NCBI RefSeq assembly: GCF_964204645.1
Contig: NC_134036.1
Coordinates: 7,912,812-7,976,811, forward strand
Direction: 5' to 3'
Origin: Tubulanus polymorphus
Taxonomy: Eukaryota; Animalia; Nemertea
DNA: 64,000 bases
This document shows positions 50,034-61,269 of the stretch, in pieces. How positions within the stretch are numbered: the first letter of the stretch is position 1; each line of letters opens with the position of its first letter. The notes beneath the pieces are model-generated. The model saw nothing but the letters and a program-made list of their open reading frames with translations, was not told the DNA's origin and did no database searches. A program made the translations under genes and the position numbers.

Positions 50034-50456
50034 CTAATTAGTAAACTTATAAGCAACAAATATAACAATAACAGTTCCACCTAAAATCCAAATTATTTCA
50101 TATTTCTGTTGTTCTTTACTTGGGGTATAATAATCTGATAATTTAGGTTTGTATAGATGTAATTTTTCTTTATTTGTTACTGCGTTATATAAACTCATTG
50201 CATCATCAACTGATTGAAAATCTCTATGTGAAATCTTCTGATCATATAATTCTTTATTCATGTAATCCATATAGTTTTGTCGTTTTTCTCTATATTCTTC
50301 TGCTGCTTTATTGTATTTCTCTAATGCTAAAATATGTCTTCTTTGTTCTCCTAATGAACTATTTTTATCAATATGTTTAAATAAATATCCACCACCAGTA
50401 AATGCTAAAGCGTTAACAATTGCCGATCCTATAATAGTTATAATTGCAGAAGCCAT
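50034..50456 (-). CDS. Putative membrane protein
   Basis: Ortholog of 11958-12392. Confidence 0.75.
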   Translation of the reverse strand: MASAIITIIGSAIVNALAFTGGGYLFKHIDKNSSLGEQRRHILALEKYNKAAEEYREKRQNYMDYMNKELYDQKISHRDFQSVDDAMSLYNAVTNKEKLHLYKPKLSDYYTPSKEQQKYEIIWILGGTVIVIFVAYKFTN

Positions 50457-50480
50457 TTATTTAGCAAAAAAATTATGCAT

Positions 50481-50702
50481 TTATATGGGAGGAATATATT
50501 TTTGTTTTTCCAAATAATTAATAGTTAAATTAGATAAAGTAACTGCTAATGTTAATTTTAAGATATCATTGATATCAAATCTATCAACATTAACACTTCC
50601 CATTTTGAATACTTTTTTTAATACCATTGAATAACCAACAGTTCCAACTGATAGTAATGCGCCATTATATAATCCAGTTATTATCAAATTATTATCACTC
50701 AT
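50481..50702 (-). CDS. 73-aa hydrophobic protein
   Basis: Ortholog of 11712-11933. Confidence 0.75.
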   Translation of the reverse strand: MSDNNLIITGLYNGALLSVGTVGYSMVLKKVFKMGSVNVDRFDINDILKLTLAVTLSNLTINYLEKQKYIPPI

Positions 50703-51059
50703 TTATTTATCAAAAACATTACTATCATCAAAAAATTTAGTTAACTTATTTATGATTGATTCAACATTTATTTCATTACTAGTTTCATTTGTATATATTT
50801 CAATTATTCTTTTTTTAATATCATCGATGATAAAATCTTCATCTAATTCATAAAATCTTAGAGATTCTCTAATTAAATTAGTAATCTTTTCTACATTTAA
50901 AGTTTCTTTATCTATTGTTGTTTCATACTCAAATGTTGTTTCATTAGAAAATGCAATATTTTTAATATGTGTAATTACATCAGTAATGTTAAATTTCATT
51001 TCTTTCTCACGTTTAAAATCAAATCCAAAACATATGCTCGGCCCAACAGTTATATTCAT
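50703..51059 (-). CDS. 118-aa hypothetical acidic protein
   Basis: Ortholog of 11355-11711. Confidence 0.75.
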   Translation of the reverse strand: MNITVGPSICFGFDFKREKEMKFNITDVITHIKNIAFSNETTFEYETTIDKETLNVEKITNLIRESLRFYELDEDFIIDDIKKRIIEIYTNETSNEINVESIINKLTKFFDDSNVFDK

Positions 51060-51075
51060 TTATATAATGAAGAAA

Positions 51076-51832
51076 TTACTCTCTACATCTTATAACTAAT
51101 TCATATATTACAGGAAAGTTATTCAAATCAATTAAATAACCATTATGATTTCTTATTTCTAATTTAAAATTATTGAAATGTGGAATACAAGGTTTGAAAT
51201 CACATTCTGTTAAATTATAATTTATTTGCGCTCCAAATTGTTTAACATTCTTCAATGGTAAAATATTTAATATACTAGAATTACATGTTGTATCTTTAGT
51301 TGCTTCAAATGTTTTTGTAGGATCAATTAAATTGCAATAAATATAAGTGTGTAAAAGGTATTATATTTGAAATGCCTTCTACGTTTACTGTAACAACATC
51401 TGGTGCAATTCCTAGCAATTTAGCTAATGGTTTTTTTACTATAAATGCATTTTGACTTTCATCAAATACCTTTATTTTAATTTTATTTGAGCTATCACTT
51501 TTTATAAATCTTATTAAAAATTTATCATCTTTTCTAATTTTCAACCGTGCTCTACGATTAATTTCTTGAGCTAATGTTTCTAAATTATATAATCCTGGTC
51601 TTAGAAATAGATGAAACCATTTATTTATATTTCTAATATGAATTAAAAAAGTATTATGTTCAATAGTTTTATTCGATATATTATAAAAAGAATTACATAA
51701 ACTTATATTAACTAATTTTAAATCTACACAATTCTTAAATTCTCTATCTAATTGTACTAGTAAATTTTGAGATTTATAATTTGTAAGTTTTCTTGAATCA
51801 ACAAATATTCTGTATTCTTTCAATTCTACCAT
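51076..51832 (-). pseudogene. Minor capsid (penton) protein, frameshifted
   Basis: Ortholog of 10581-11337. Confidence 0.7.
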
Positions 51833-51900
51833 TATTTATAACATAAAAAAATTACCGCTCATCACTAAAAATTAATTTTAATAAAATTTTTCCTAAATAA

Positions 51901-52842
51901 ATGGATGAGAAGATAGCATGCGAAATTTGTGGTGAACTTCTAAGAAAAAGTAATATGGCTCGACATATGAAAAAACATGATGAAAATTATAAACCCCCTA
52001 AAATAAACTGCCCAAAATGTAATAAATTATTCTCAAGAAATTATGTTAAAAAACATTCAGAGAAGTGTAGAATTAATGGTGCAACGGCTAATGTTGATAG
52101 TAATGAAAGTAATAGTAATTCTGCCGAAGTTGAACCTGAAGTTATTTGGAAAAGACCTTTCTTATTCTATGATAAGGATAATATAAAAGATCATTTCTGT
52201 GAGCCTTGTCGAATAAAATATAGCCCTGAAAATATAGAAGATTGGGAGAATCATCAATTTCGTAAAGCACATATAGATAAAATTTCTAATAAATTTGAAA
52301 CTGAATTCAATGAAAGAAAAAATAATTTATTAGAAAAAATAAAATATGAGAAAACGTAACCAGATAATAAAGAAACAGTTGAAAAGTTAGAAAAACAATA
52401 TAATGAATTAACAAGAAAAAAATATTATTGTAAATATTGTAAATTGATTATTACAACAAGTAATTCAAATCTACATAATAGAACAATAAAACATAAAGAA
52501 AACGTAAGAAAATACCAGGAGCTTAATGAAGATATATTACCAATAAATTATAAACGAAAATGTCCACAATGTAGTTATGCGACCTTAAGACAAGAAGGTA
52601 CTGTGTTATTTTGTAATGAATGTGGATGGCAAAAGAATTTATTGGGTGAAGAAAAAACTAGAGATTTTCTCATAGATCCAAAATTAAATTATCTAGATGA
52701 AATTTTTAAAATATTTTCTATGGAAGATCATACACCAGAATATATGCAATGGCTTGAAAAAATGAAAATAATAGAAAATAAAAATGGTGAAATAACTAAA
52801 AAAGATATTATAAATACAATTATTCCGTCAACATTTAATTAA
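51901..52842 (+). pseudogene. Multi-zinc-finger protein (probably one frameshifted gene)
   Basis: CEIC...HMKKH, CPKC...H, CEPC...H...H, CKYC...H, CPQC...CNEC motifs; TAAATG start. Confidence 0.65.
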
Positions 52843-53019
52843 CACAAAACAAAAGAAAATGTATTTATATTTATTATTTAACGATTATTATGAAAAACCT
52901 AAATTATCAGAAGATACGGAAAATATAAAAAAAATATTCAAACAAATATTAATGTATCATTTAGAAAATAGAATAACAGATTCAATAAATTATGAATTCT
53001 TTTTAAATAAGATTGTAAA

Positions 53020-56000
53020 TTATTTAAACATAGATATTATAATTCCATAAGGTAATGTTTTTATACCATCATCTAAAATATGCCTTTTATCATCAAATGG
53101 ATTTAAACTAGTTTTTTTCAACTTCATTAATGTACATCTCATGATCTTCTGATCTTAAACAATTCATTTTGTGTTTCATTACAATTGATTTATATAAACA
53201 CTATATAATCTTGAAATTCTATATGTTTATCAACCACATGTTTTGTTATTCCTTTTAACTTTTTAGCTTCATGATCTTTTGTTCTGTAACTATACATTTT
53301 ACTTCTTATCCCAACAAATTGAATCATTTCATCACCCCCTAATTCATCTTTAAATTTACCAGGAATCTTTTTATTATCATTGCTAAATAGTTCATGATCT
53401 TTGGGATAATTGCTAAAATCAAAATGATGTTTTAATGTTTTTAAGTCTTTTGTTATGTCATTTGTCTTGATTTTTAGTATGTAGGCGTCAGTATTTTTGG
53501 CTATTAATGGAAATCCACAGTTAAATGTACCATCTTCAGTTGATAAATCATAAACATAATCTGTTGGGTTATATATTTCAAATAAATCTTTAACTTCTTC
53601 AGTTAACTCATTTTCTACATGGCTTAAATTAAAGCAATTTGGTTTAGATTTAATCAATCCAATATTCATATTAAAACCTAATGAATTGCATAATATATTT
53701 AATCCTGATATAGCAACTTTTCCTTTTTGAGCTAAAGATATTGTTTTGCGGTTTTTGAAACTTTTAGTACCATCGGCTGCGTAGAATCCAATGAAGAACC
53801 ATTTTCTTAAATTATTTTTTGCATTTAATACATAATCTGGAACTATCTTTTCTTTAGTTGAAGTATTACTTTTCACTATTGCATGAATATAGAATTCGTT
53901 ATTATATTTTATAGCAAAATCTTTAGGATTATTCACATGTATTCTATAACGTTGCGATGATTTCATAACATCTATGATTTTGAATGTTTTATGTGAATAA
54001 ACTTCTTCACAGAATTTCTTAATTCTTTCTAATAATTTTAAGTCTTGATTGCATAAATACCAGCAATATTGAGTGCGATTAACATAATTATACACACCTG
54101 CTGAACCATCACCCATGAAAAATCCTTTGATAAAATATTCTTTTTCTTCTAATGTTTCGGGTTCTATATTATAAATATTATCAATTATTTCATCAAATGA
54201 CATATGATTCATTCTTTGGAAAAATCTTTTATGTAATAATTCATCTCCAATTTTTATATCAGTTGGTTTTATTTCATCGCCATTTCGTTTAATTAAACTA
54301 TGATCTTCTGTAACATCTACGAACCCTAATTTAGTTCTAACTCTATAGATTTTATTATTTGTTTTATGTCTAATAATATTCTTTAATTTTTTCCATCCAT
54401 TTCTTGTCCAAACATCCATTAATCCATTTATTTGTATTAATTATTTTTCTCCATATGAAATATAACATTCATTTTGTTTTGGAATTATTTCTGAAATTCT
54501 TCTTATCAATATTTTATCATTACATTTTAATAATATTGGGGTGTCAGCTGTTACAGAATCAAAATATAATATTCCAATATGCTTTTCCCCAAAAAGTGGT
54601 TGTAAAACATTATAATAAAAATCATACATTAATAATTTTGATACTTCTAAAACAGTCGAACCAATAAATATAGGTTTATTAAATTTCATTGATGTTCTTT
54701 TTAATTTAACAGCTGTTAAATAATCTTCAAATCTTTTATTTCCTAAATGTCTAGGACTTGATTGTAAATGTCTTAATCTTTCAGAATTATTTACTAATTC
54801 AATATCATTTCTATTTCTAATATTTTCACGTTTTACCATAAAAACTATTATTCATTAATTTGAAGAAATCTTTTTCAAAATCTGTTTTTGATATTGTTCT
54901 CTGTTGAGTATTGAAATCTATATATTTTTCTAACCACTTCGATTGATTAAATTCAATATATCTATGTACTTTCTTTAATTTCATTCCTTGTTTTGGATAA
55001 AATTTTAACATTCTATAATGAACAATATAATTGTATTTATTATTTTGAGTAAGTATTAATTTTTCTGGAAAAACATGATCTTTCGGTTTTATTTTCTTCT
55101 GGTATTCACTTAAATAACTATCATCTACAGTTAAATGTTCTGGGCAATAAGGTAAGTTTCTTGTTTTAAACTTTATATTTTCAGGATATTCTAAATCAAC
55201 TACAAAGAAATAACCAATTGGTGCTTCATCTTTTGAACTCGCAATTGCGCTTTCTCAATCAGTTTTATCATCATTTTCAACTTCTGTTAATATAAAATTT
55301 TCATATGGTTGAGGTTGCATCATTGCCCAACCATATAAATTATTGGCGTCAATATATAATAATTTATATTCATCATTTGCTTTAAAATACCTATCTCCCA
55401 TAACACCACTAATTCCACCTCTAATTGATTTTTCAAATAATAAAACCATATCTGGTTTTTTTAATAAATCTAATTCTACATTTGTATATTTTAAACCACA
55501 TTGCCAGGTTAAACCAGGACTAGAGTAGCAATAACAAGGATCAACATTAAAATGATTCAAATTAACTTCTCTAAATTTTTCAAATATGTCAGCCAATATC
55601 ATAACGTCTGATTTTAAATATAAATCAACTAATTCACCATGGTTTTTCATCTTAAAATGGTTCCAAATATTTAATGTTCTATTAAACACTTCGTCTTTCA
55701 CATACTCCTCTTTTAATTGATTATAAAATTGATCTTTTAATAATTCTGTTACATTAAAATCATTGTGTGTTTTATAAAATGAATAAGGAATTGCACCTTT
55801 ATATCTCAATAATTTAAAATCTTGTTCATTTGGATAATAATATCGAGTTATAACAAAATCATTATCAACTAAACTTTTTGATAAATTATCTAATGAACTT
55901 GCTAGAAATCTATAAGAATCTAAAAATCTAATGCAACCAAATTGAAATGAAATATAATTTTCAGATGTTTTAGCTAATAGTTTAAAATCATATTTTCTTA

Positions 56001-58095
56001 CATTTACACCATTCATAGCATTATATTCTTCTATTTCTTGATTAATTGCGCCCAATTTTCCCGATAATTGTTTTATAAATAGATGGGTATCATAGCCTGA
56101 TAAATTATGAAATAATATTGGTACGAAATTAACTTTCTTAGCTTGTAAATTGCAATCTTCATGAGCAGCTCCACGATATTCTGAATTTAAATGATCATGA
56201 TCTCTAACTCTTTTATCAAATGAATTAAAACGTTTTTCACAATAACAACAATGAGTTGCATAATTAAAATCAATTTCATCTTTTGTCATAACTATTCTTT
56301 TATTTTTGTTTAATAATTTTGCAAAATCACTTTTTAATTCAATCATTTTATCACAAAAATCATTAACTACATTTTCACCTCTAAAAGAAATATATTGACT
56401 TTCATATAATTCAGGATAATTTGATTTTATATAAATTCCATAAGCAGCAGCTCTTTGATGAACTTTTTTAATTGTATTTATAATTGGTGGGTCTTGTATT
56501 GTGTCTTCATTTAATTCATTTCCTTTGTCCATTGATTTTAATAATTGCTTTTTGTTATATATTTCTTTTCTATCTTGATCAGTTAATTCTTTATTCAACG
56601 ATTCAAAATCCCCATAAATTACAAATGGAACAATATTCTTAAATTTATGATTAGTAAGTTTCAATTTATAATCTTTTTCTGTTGGCATTATTAATTTACA
56701 AAAATCTTTATTATCACATAATTCTTTATATTTTAGTAATGTATTCTCAGTCATAAATTTAGATAAACATTTTCTACATAGATAAATTTTATTATGGTGA
56801 TCACTTTCTGTTCTAAAGAATAAATCAATTTGTTTTAACCACATATAATGTTCATTTTCATCTTTTTTGTAATATAACAAATCTATAGCATTTTCATCAT
56901 CATAATATTCTGTTAAATATAAAGCTTCCAATGTATAATCTTTAATATTTTCACCTTTTGTCTTTGGTAATTGCATTAATTCGAATACATTTATTTTTAA
57001 ATTATTAACTTTTTCTATTTTAGAAATCATTTTTATAGTTACTGGATATTGATCAATTTTATATAATGTTTCATATTTCCGATAATCTGTTATTCTACAA
57101 ACATTTTCCTGTGTTGGACGTAAGCAACTAATAATTGACCATAGAAAACATTTATTATCTTCATTTTGAATATTTATTACTGCTTTTGTTGTAAATGGTA
57201 ATTAAATATAAGATGATGCTTTAATATCCTTTTCTGTTGTAAAGTTTGAATCATTTTTAAACATTTTATTACTTTTTGATGTTTTATTTCTTTTTGTATT
57301 ATAAACATTTAAATCTAAATATATAATTTCATTCAATGTTAAGCCAGAACCCTCAAAATATCTTTCTTCAATATGACGTTTAAATTCATTAAATATTTTT
57401 TCTAACTTCTCTTTTATATGTGTTTTTGAAATTATTTCTTCAGAGAGTGTTTGAATATTATAATCCATTTTATCTTCTGACTTTATAAAACTTACTTTCC
57501 CAGAGATACTAATTTTTGGATATTCAACATCTGTTATCAAATCTAGTATTTTTTCTATTATTTCATTAAATGTACTATAATCTTCTATTGTTGTACCTTT
57601 AAAAAATCTAAATATAATAGCTGCAGGACCAATTTTACTATGTAATGTTTCTAAAATTTCAATTGTATCTTTTATTTCTAGTGAATCAATATAATTTCTA
57701 ACATTTTCCATGTATGGTTTATTTGAAACGGATTTAGTTTTTGAAGTTGATTTTTTTACTTGTTGAGGTTTATTATCAAAATATTCTGATCCTAAAACAT
57801 TTTTATTTAAATTTTTATAATGTTTTTGTGATTCGAGATGTCTATTATAATTCCCTTTTACTATAAATTCATTACAAACTTCACATTTTATTTCATCCAC
57901 ATTCATATTTTCTAATCGTTCTTTTCTTTCATTGGAATTTTCTGGAGTTTCAAAATCTATTACATTTTTTATATGATTTGCAGATTTTTCATGTCGTGAT
58001 TTTTGGGATTTATCGATGTATTTTTTACAATATTGACAATAATATTGATTTTTATTGACATTTTTATTGACATCTGGCTGTGGTTCATTCTCCAT
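53020..58095 (-). pseudogene. Protein-primed DNA polymerase B containing an intein, disrupted
   Basis: YIDANNLYGWAM, KLMNNSFYGK, YFD|intein|TDAY, KKLKGI, NPFDDKR; N-terminal Zn fingers. Confidence 0.95.
53493..54557 (-). mobile_element. Intein with LAGLIDADG homing endonuclease (355 codons, one in-frame TAA at 54441-54443) in pPolB motif C
   Basis: Block A SVTADTPILL, block B VDVTEDHSL (TxxH), blocks C/E KGFFMGDG and IGFYAADG, block F YVYDLST, block G ...IAKN|T; absent at the same site in element 1. Confidence 0.93.
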
Positions 58096-58175
58096 TTATA
58101 AGGAAAAAACATTACTTGTGGTGATGAGTGGTCGACCTTCGACCTCTGATCTGAAAGCCTACTTTCCCAATTACT
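58092..58175 (-). repeat. 84-bp TIR of element 2 (polymerase end)
   Basis: Reverse complement of 40685-40768; includes the pPolB TAAATG start. Confidence 0.95.
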
Positions 58176-58589
58176 CACATTATACTCAAGATCTGCTTTT
58201 GGTCATTAACGGTTGACAAAACCATCATATGCCAATTACAAAATACTTATTACGGATAAAAAACCTCTCGTTTGACTTGTCAGGTTTAAGGTATTTCACT
58301 ACTCTTCCTTCTGAACTAACCAGATTCTGCTCATACGCAAACTATTCTAGCTAATTACCTATCCACATGTTTCAGCAACAGCACTCACTAACTACAAACT
58401 GTCAAACCAAGGTTTTTAATCTGTGACATATAGTATTCCATGTTTATGATTTACGAATTGATGGATCTATCATAGTTAATTATATTGATTATAGCAATCA
58501 ATGACTATTTCCTGGATAGAGATCTGGGAGCAAAATGAGTGACGTCAAACGGCCTCAGACGTGAAACTTAGTTATGGTCGCATTTCGTT

Positions 58590-60330
58590 GCTTGAATATT
58601 TTCCGAATTTCTAACATTTTCTATTATGCGTTTAAATCCCGGGTCCGGTAGTGTTTCGTTTTCTCAGGTATACTTTTAGAATGGTCGAGTCGTTTGTTAC
58701 CCGGGGATGTTAGAAAAGGAGGATAAGGATGACTTCAGGTGTTAATGTAAATATTGTCCGAATTATCAACATTTTCTTTTACCCATTTTTTTAGCGGCTA
58801 CGGTCATGTTTCGTTTTCTCGAGTATTTTCAGAATGGTCGAGTCGTTTGTTACTGGAGGATGGTTGACAAGGATGAGTGAGGGTGACTTCAGTTTTTAAT
58901 GTAAATATTTTCCGAATTTTCAACCTTCTGTTTCATGTGTTTTAATAACGGCTTCGGTCGTGTTTGGTTTTCTCGAGTATTTTCAGAATGGTCGAGTCGT
59001 TTGTTACCCGGGGATGTAAGAAAAGGAGGATAAGGATGACTTCAGTTTTTAATGTAAATATTTTCCGAATTTTCAACATTTTCTTTTATCTATTTTTATA
59101 TCGGCTTCAGTCGGGTTTCGTTTTCTTGAGTATTTTCAGAATGACCAATTGGTTTGTTACTGGGCGATCTTTGACAAGGAGGATTGAGGATGACGTCAGT
59201 TTTTGATGTAAATATCTTCTGAATTTTCAAAATTTTCTTTTATCTGTTTTAATATCGGCTTCGGTCATGTTTTGATTAATCAAGTTTATATAGAATGGTC
59301 GATTCGTTTGTTACTGGGGATGATTTACAAGGAGGACTGCGGATGATTTCAGTTTTTAGTGTAAATATTTTCAATATTTTCAACCTTTTGTTTCATGTGT
59401 TTTAATAACGGCTTCGGTCGTGTTTCGTTTTCTCGAGTATTTTCAGAATGGTCGAATGGTTTATCACAGGATGATGTTTGACAAGGAGGAGTGAGGATGA
59501 ATTCAGTTGTCAATGTAAGTATTTTCCGAATTTTAAACATTTTATTTTATCTGTTTTAATATCGGCTTCGGTCCTGTTTCGTTTTCTTGAGTATTTTCAG
59601 TATGGACGTGTCGTTTGTTACCGGGGGATGTTTGACAAGGAGGATTGAGGATGACATCAGTTGTTAATGTAAATATTATCCGAATTATAAACATTATCTT
59701 TTATCTGTTTTGATATCGGCTCCGGTCGTGTTTCGTTTTCTCGAGTATTTTCAGAATGGTTGAGTCTTTTGTTACTGGGGATGATTGACAAGGAGGATTG
59801 AGAATAACTTCAGATTTTAATGTAAATATTTTCCGAATTTTCAACGTTTTCTTTTATCTGTTTTGATATCGGCTTCAGTCGTGTTTCGTTTTCTAGAGTA
59901 TTTTCAGAATGACCAATTGAATTGTTACTGGGAAATGTTTGACAAGGAGGAGTGAGGATGACTTCAGTTTTTAATATAAATATTTTCCGAATTTTCGAAA
60001 TTGTCTTTTAGTTGTTTTAATATCGGCTTCGGTCGTCTTTCGTTTTCTCGAGTATTTTCAGAATGGTCGAGTGGTTTGTTACTGGGGGATGTTTGACCAG
60101 GAGGAGTGATGATGACTTCAGTTGTTAATGTAAATATTTTCCAAATTATCACTAATTTCCCGTAGCCGTTTTAAAGTCGGCTTCGGTCATGTTTCGTTTT
60201 CTCGAGTATTTTCAGAATGATTAAGTAGTTTGTTACTCGGGAATGTTTGACCAGGAGGAGTGAGGATGACTTCAGTTTTAAATGAACATATTTTCCGAAT
60301 TTTCAACATTTTTTCATCTGTTTTACTATC
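58590..60330. repeat. ~154-bp tandem satellite array (about 11 units)
   Basis: Same unit as 28836-30055. Confidence 0.92.
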
Positions 60331-60759
60331 GGCTGAGGTGTGCATGTGCACAGTCGGACTAAAGACATTTCTACCAAATAGCGACATAAATACCGGGAAA
60401 ATCAAAGAAACCACACGTGATGAAACTTTCAAGGTCTTGTATATGTATATGAATGAAAAACCTCTCGTTTGACTTGTCAGGTTTAGGGTTTTTCACCACT
60501 CTTCCTTCTGAACTAACCAGACTCTGCTCAAACTATTCTAGCTAATTATCTATCCATATGTTTCACCAACAGCACTCACTTACTACAAACTGTCAAACCA
60601 AGTTTTTTAATGTGTGACACGTAGTATTCCATGTTTATAATTTACGAATTGATGGATCTATCAAAGTTAACTATACTGAGTATAGCAATCAATAACTATT
60701 TCCTGGAGATCTGGGAGCAAAATGAGTGACATGAAACTTAGTGATGGTCGCATTTTGTT

Positions 60760-61110
60760 GCTTGAATATTTTCCGAATTTCCAACATTTTGTATCATCCG
60801 TTTAAATTTTGGGTTCGGTCGTGTTTTGTTTTTCTTAAGTATTTTTAGAATGGTCGAGTCGTGTGTTACTGGGGGGATGTTGGACAACGAATATTCAAGT
60901 TTGAGGATGACTTCAGTTTTTTATGAGAATATTTTCCGAATTTTTAAAATTTTCTTTTATCTGTTTTAATATCGGCTTCGGTCGTGTTTCGTTTTCTCGA
61001 GTATTTTCAGAATGGTCGAGTCGTATGTTACTGGGGGATGTTTGACAAGGAGGATTGAGGATGACTTCAGTTTTTATGTAAATATTTTCCTACTTTTCAA
61101 CATTTTATTT
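60760..61110. repeat. ~154-bp satellite, short array
   Basis: Same unit. Confidence 0.85.
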
Positions 61111-61269
61111 TATTCATACTCAGTCCACCCTGTCAAATATCCCCAATTAATAAAACGAATCGACAATACTAAAAATACTTGTGATAACCAAGACACGACC
61201 AAAGTCGAGAATACAAAATACAGATTACAGTAAATTGCCGTAGCCTCCTAATAAAACTGGGAACAATAT

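Larger units (their letters stand above)
40685..58175 (-). mobile_element. Polinton/Maverick element 2, full length ~17.5 kb, with intein-bearing pPolB
   Basis: AGTAAT...ATTACT termini; 84-bp TIRs; 6-bp TSD CACATT (40679-40684 and 58176-58181); full gene set. Confidence 0.97.

Noticed and set aside
6174-58095. Alternative genetic code (TAA read-through) to explain the in-frame stops
   Set aside because: Stops align to different residues (Leu, Lys, Glu, Tyr, Gln) in the ortholog, occur at different sites in each element, coexist with frameshifts, and TAA is also the normal terminator.
40685-58175. Prophage or bacterial contamination suggested by the intein, HNH and dense gene packing
   Set aside because: TSD-bounded insertion in eukaryotic satellite/Penelope/DIRS context; chromodomain integrase; no Shine-Dalgarno pattern.
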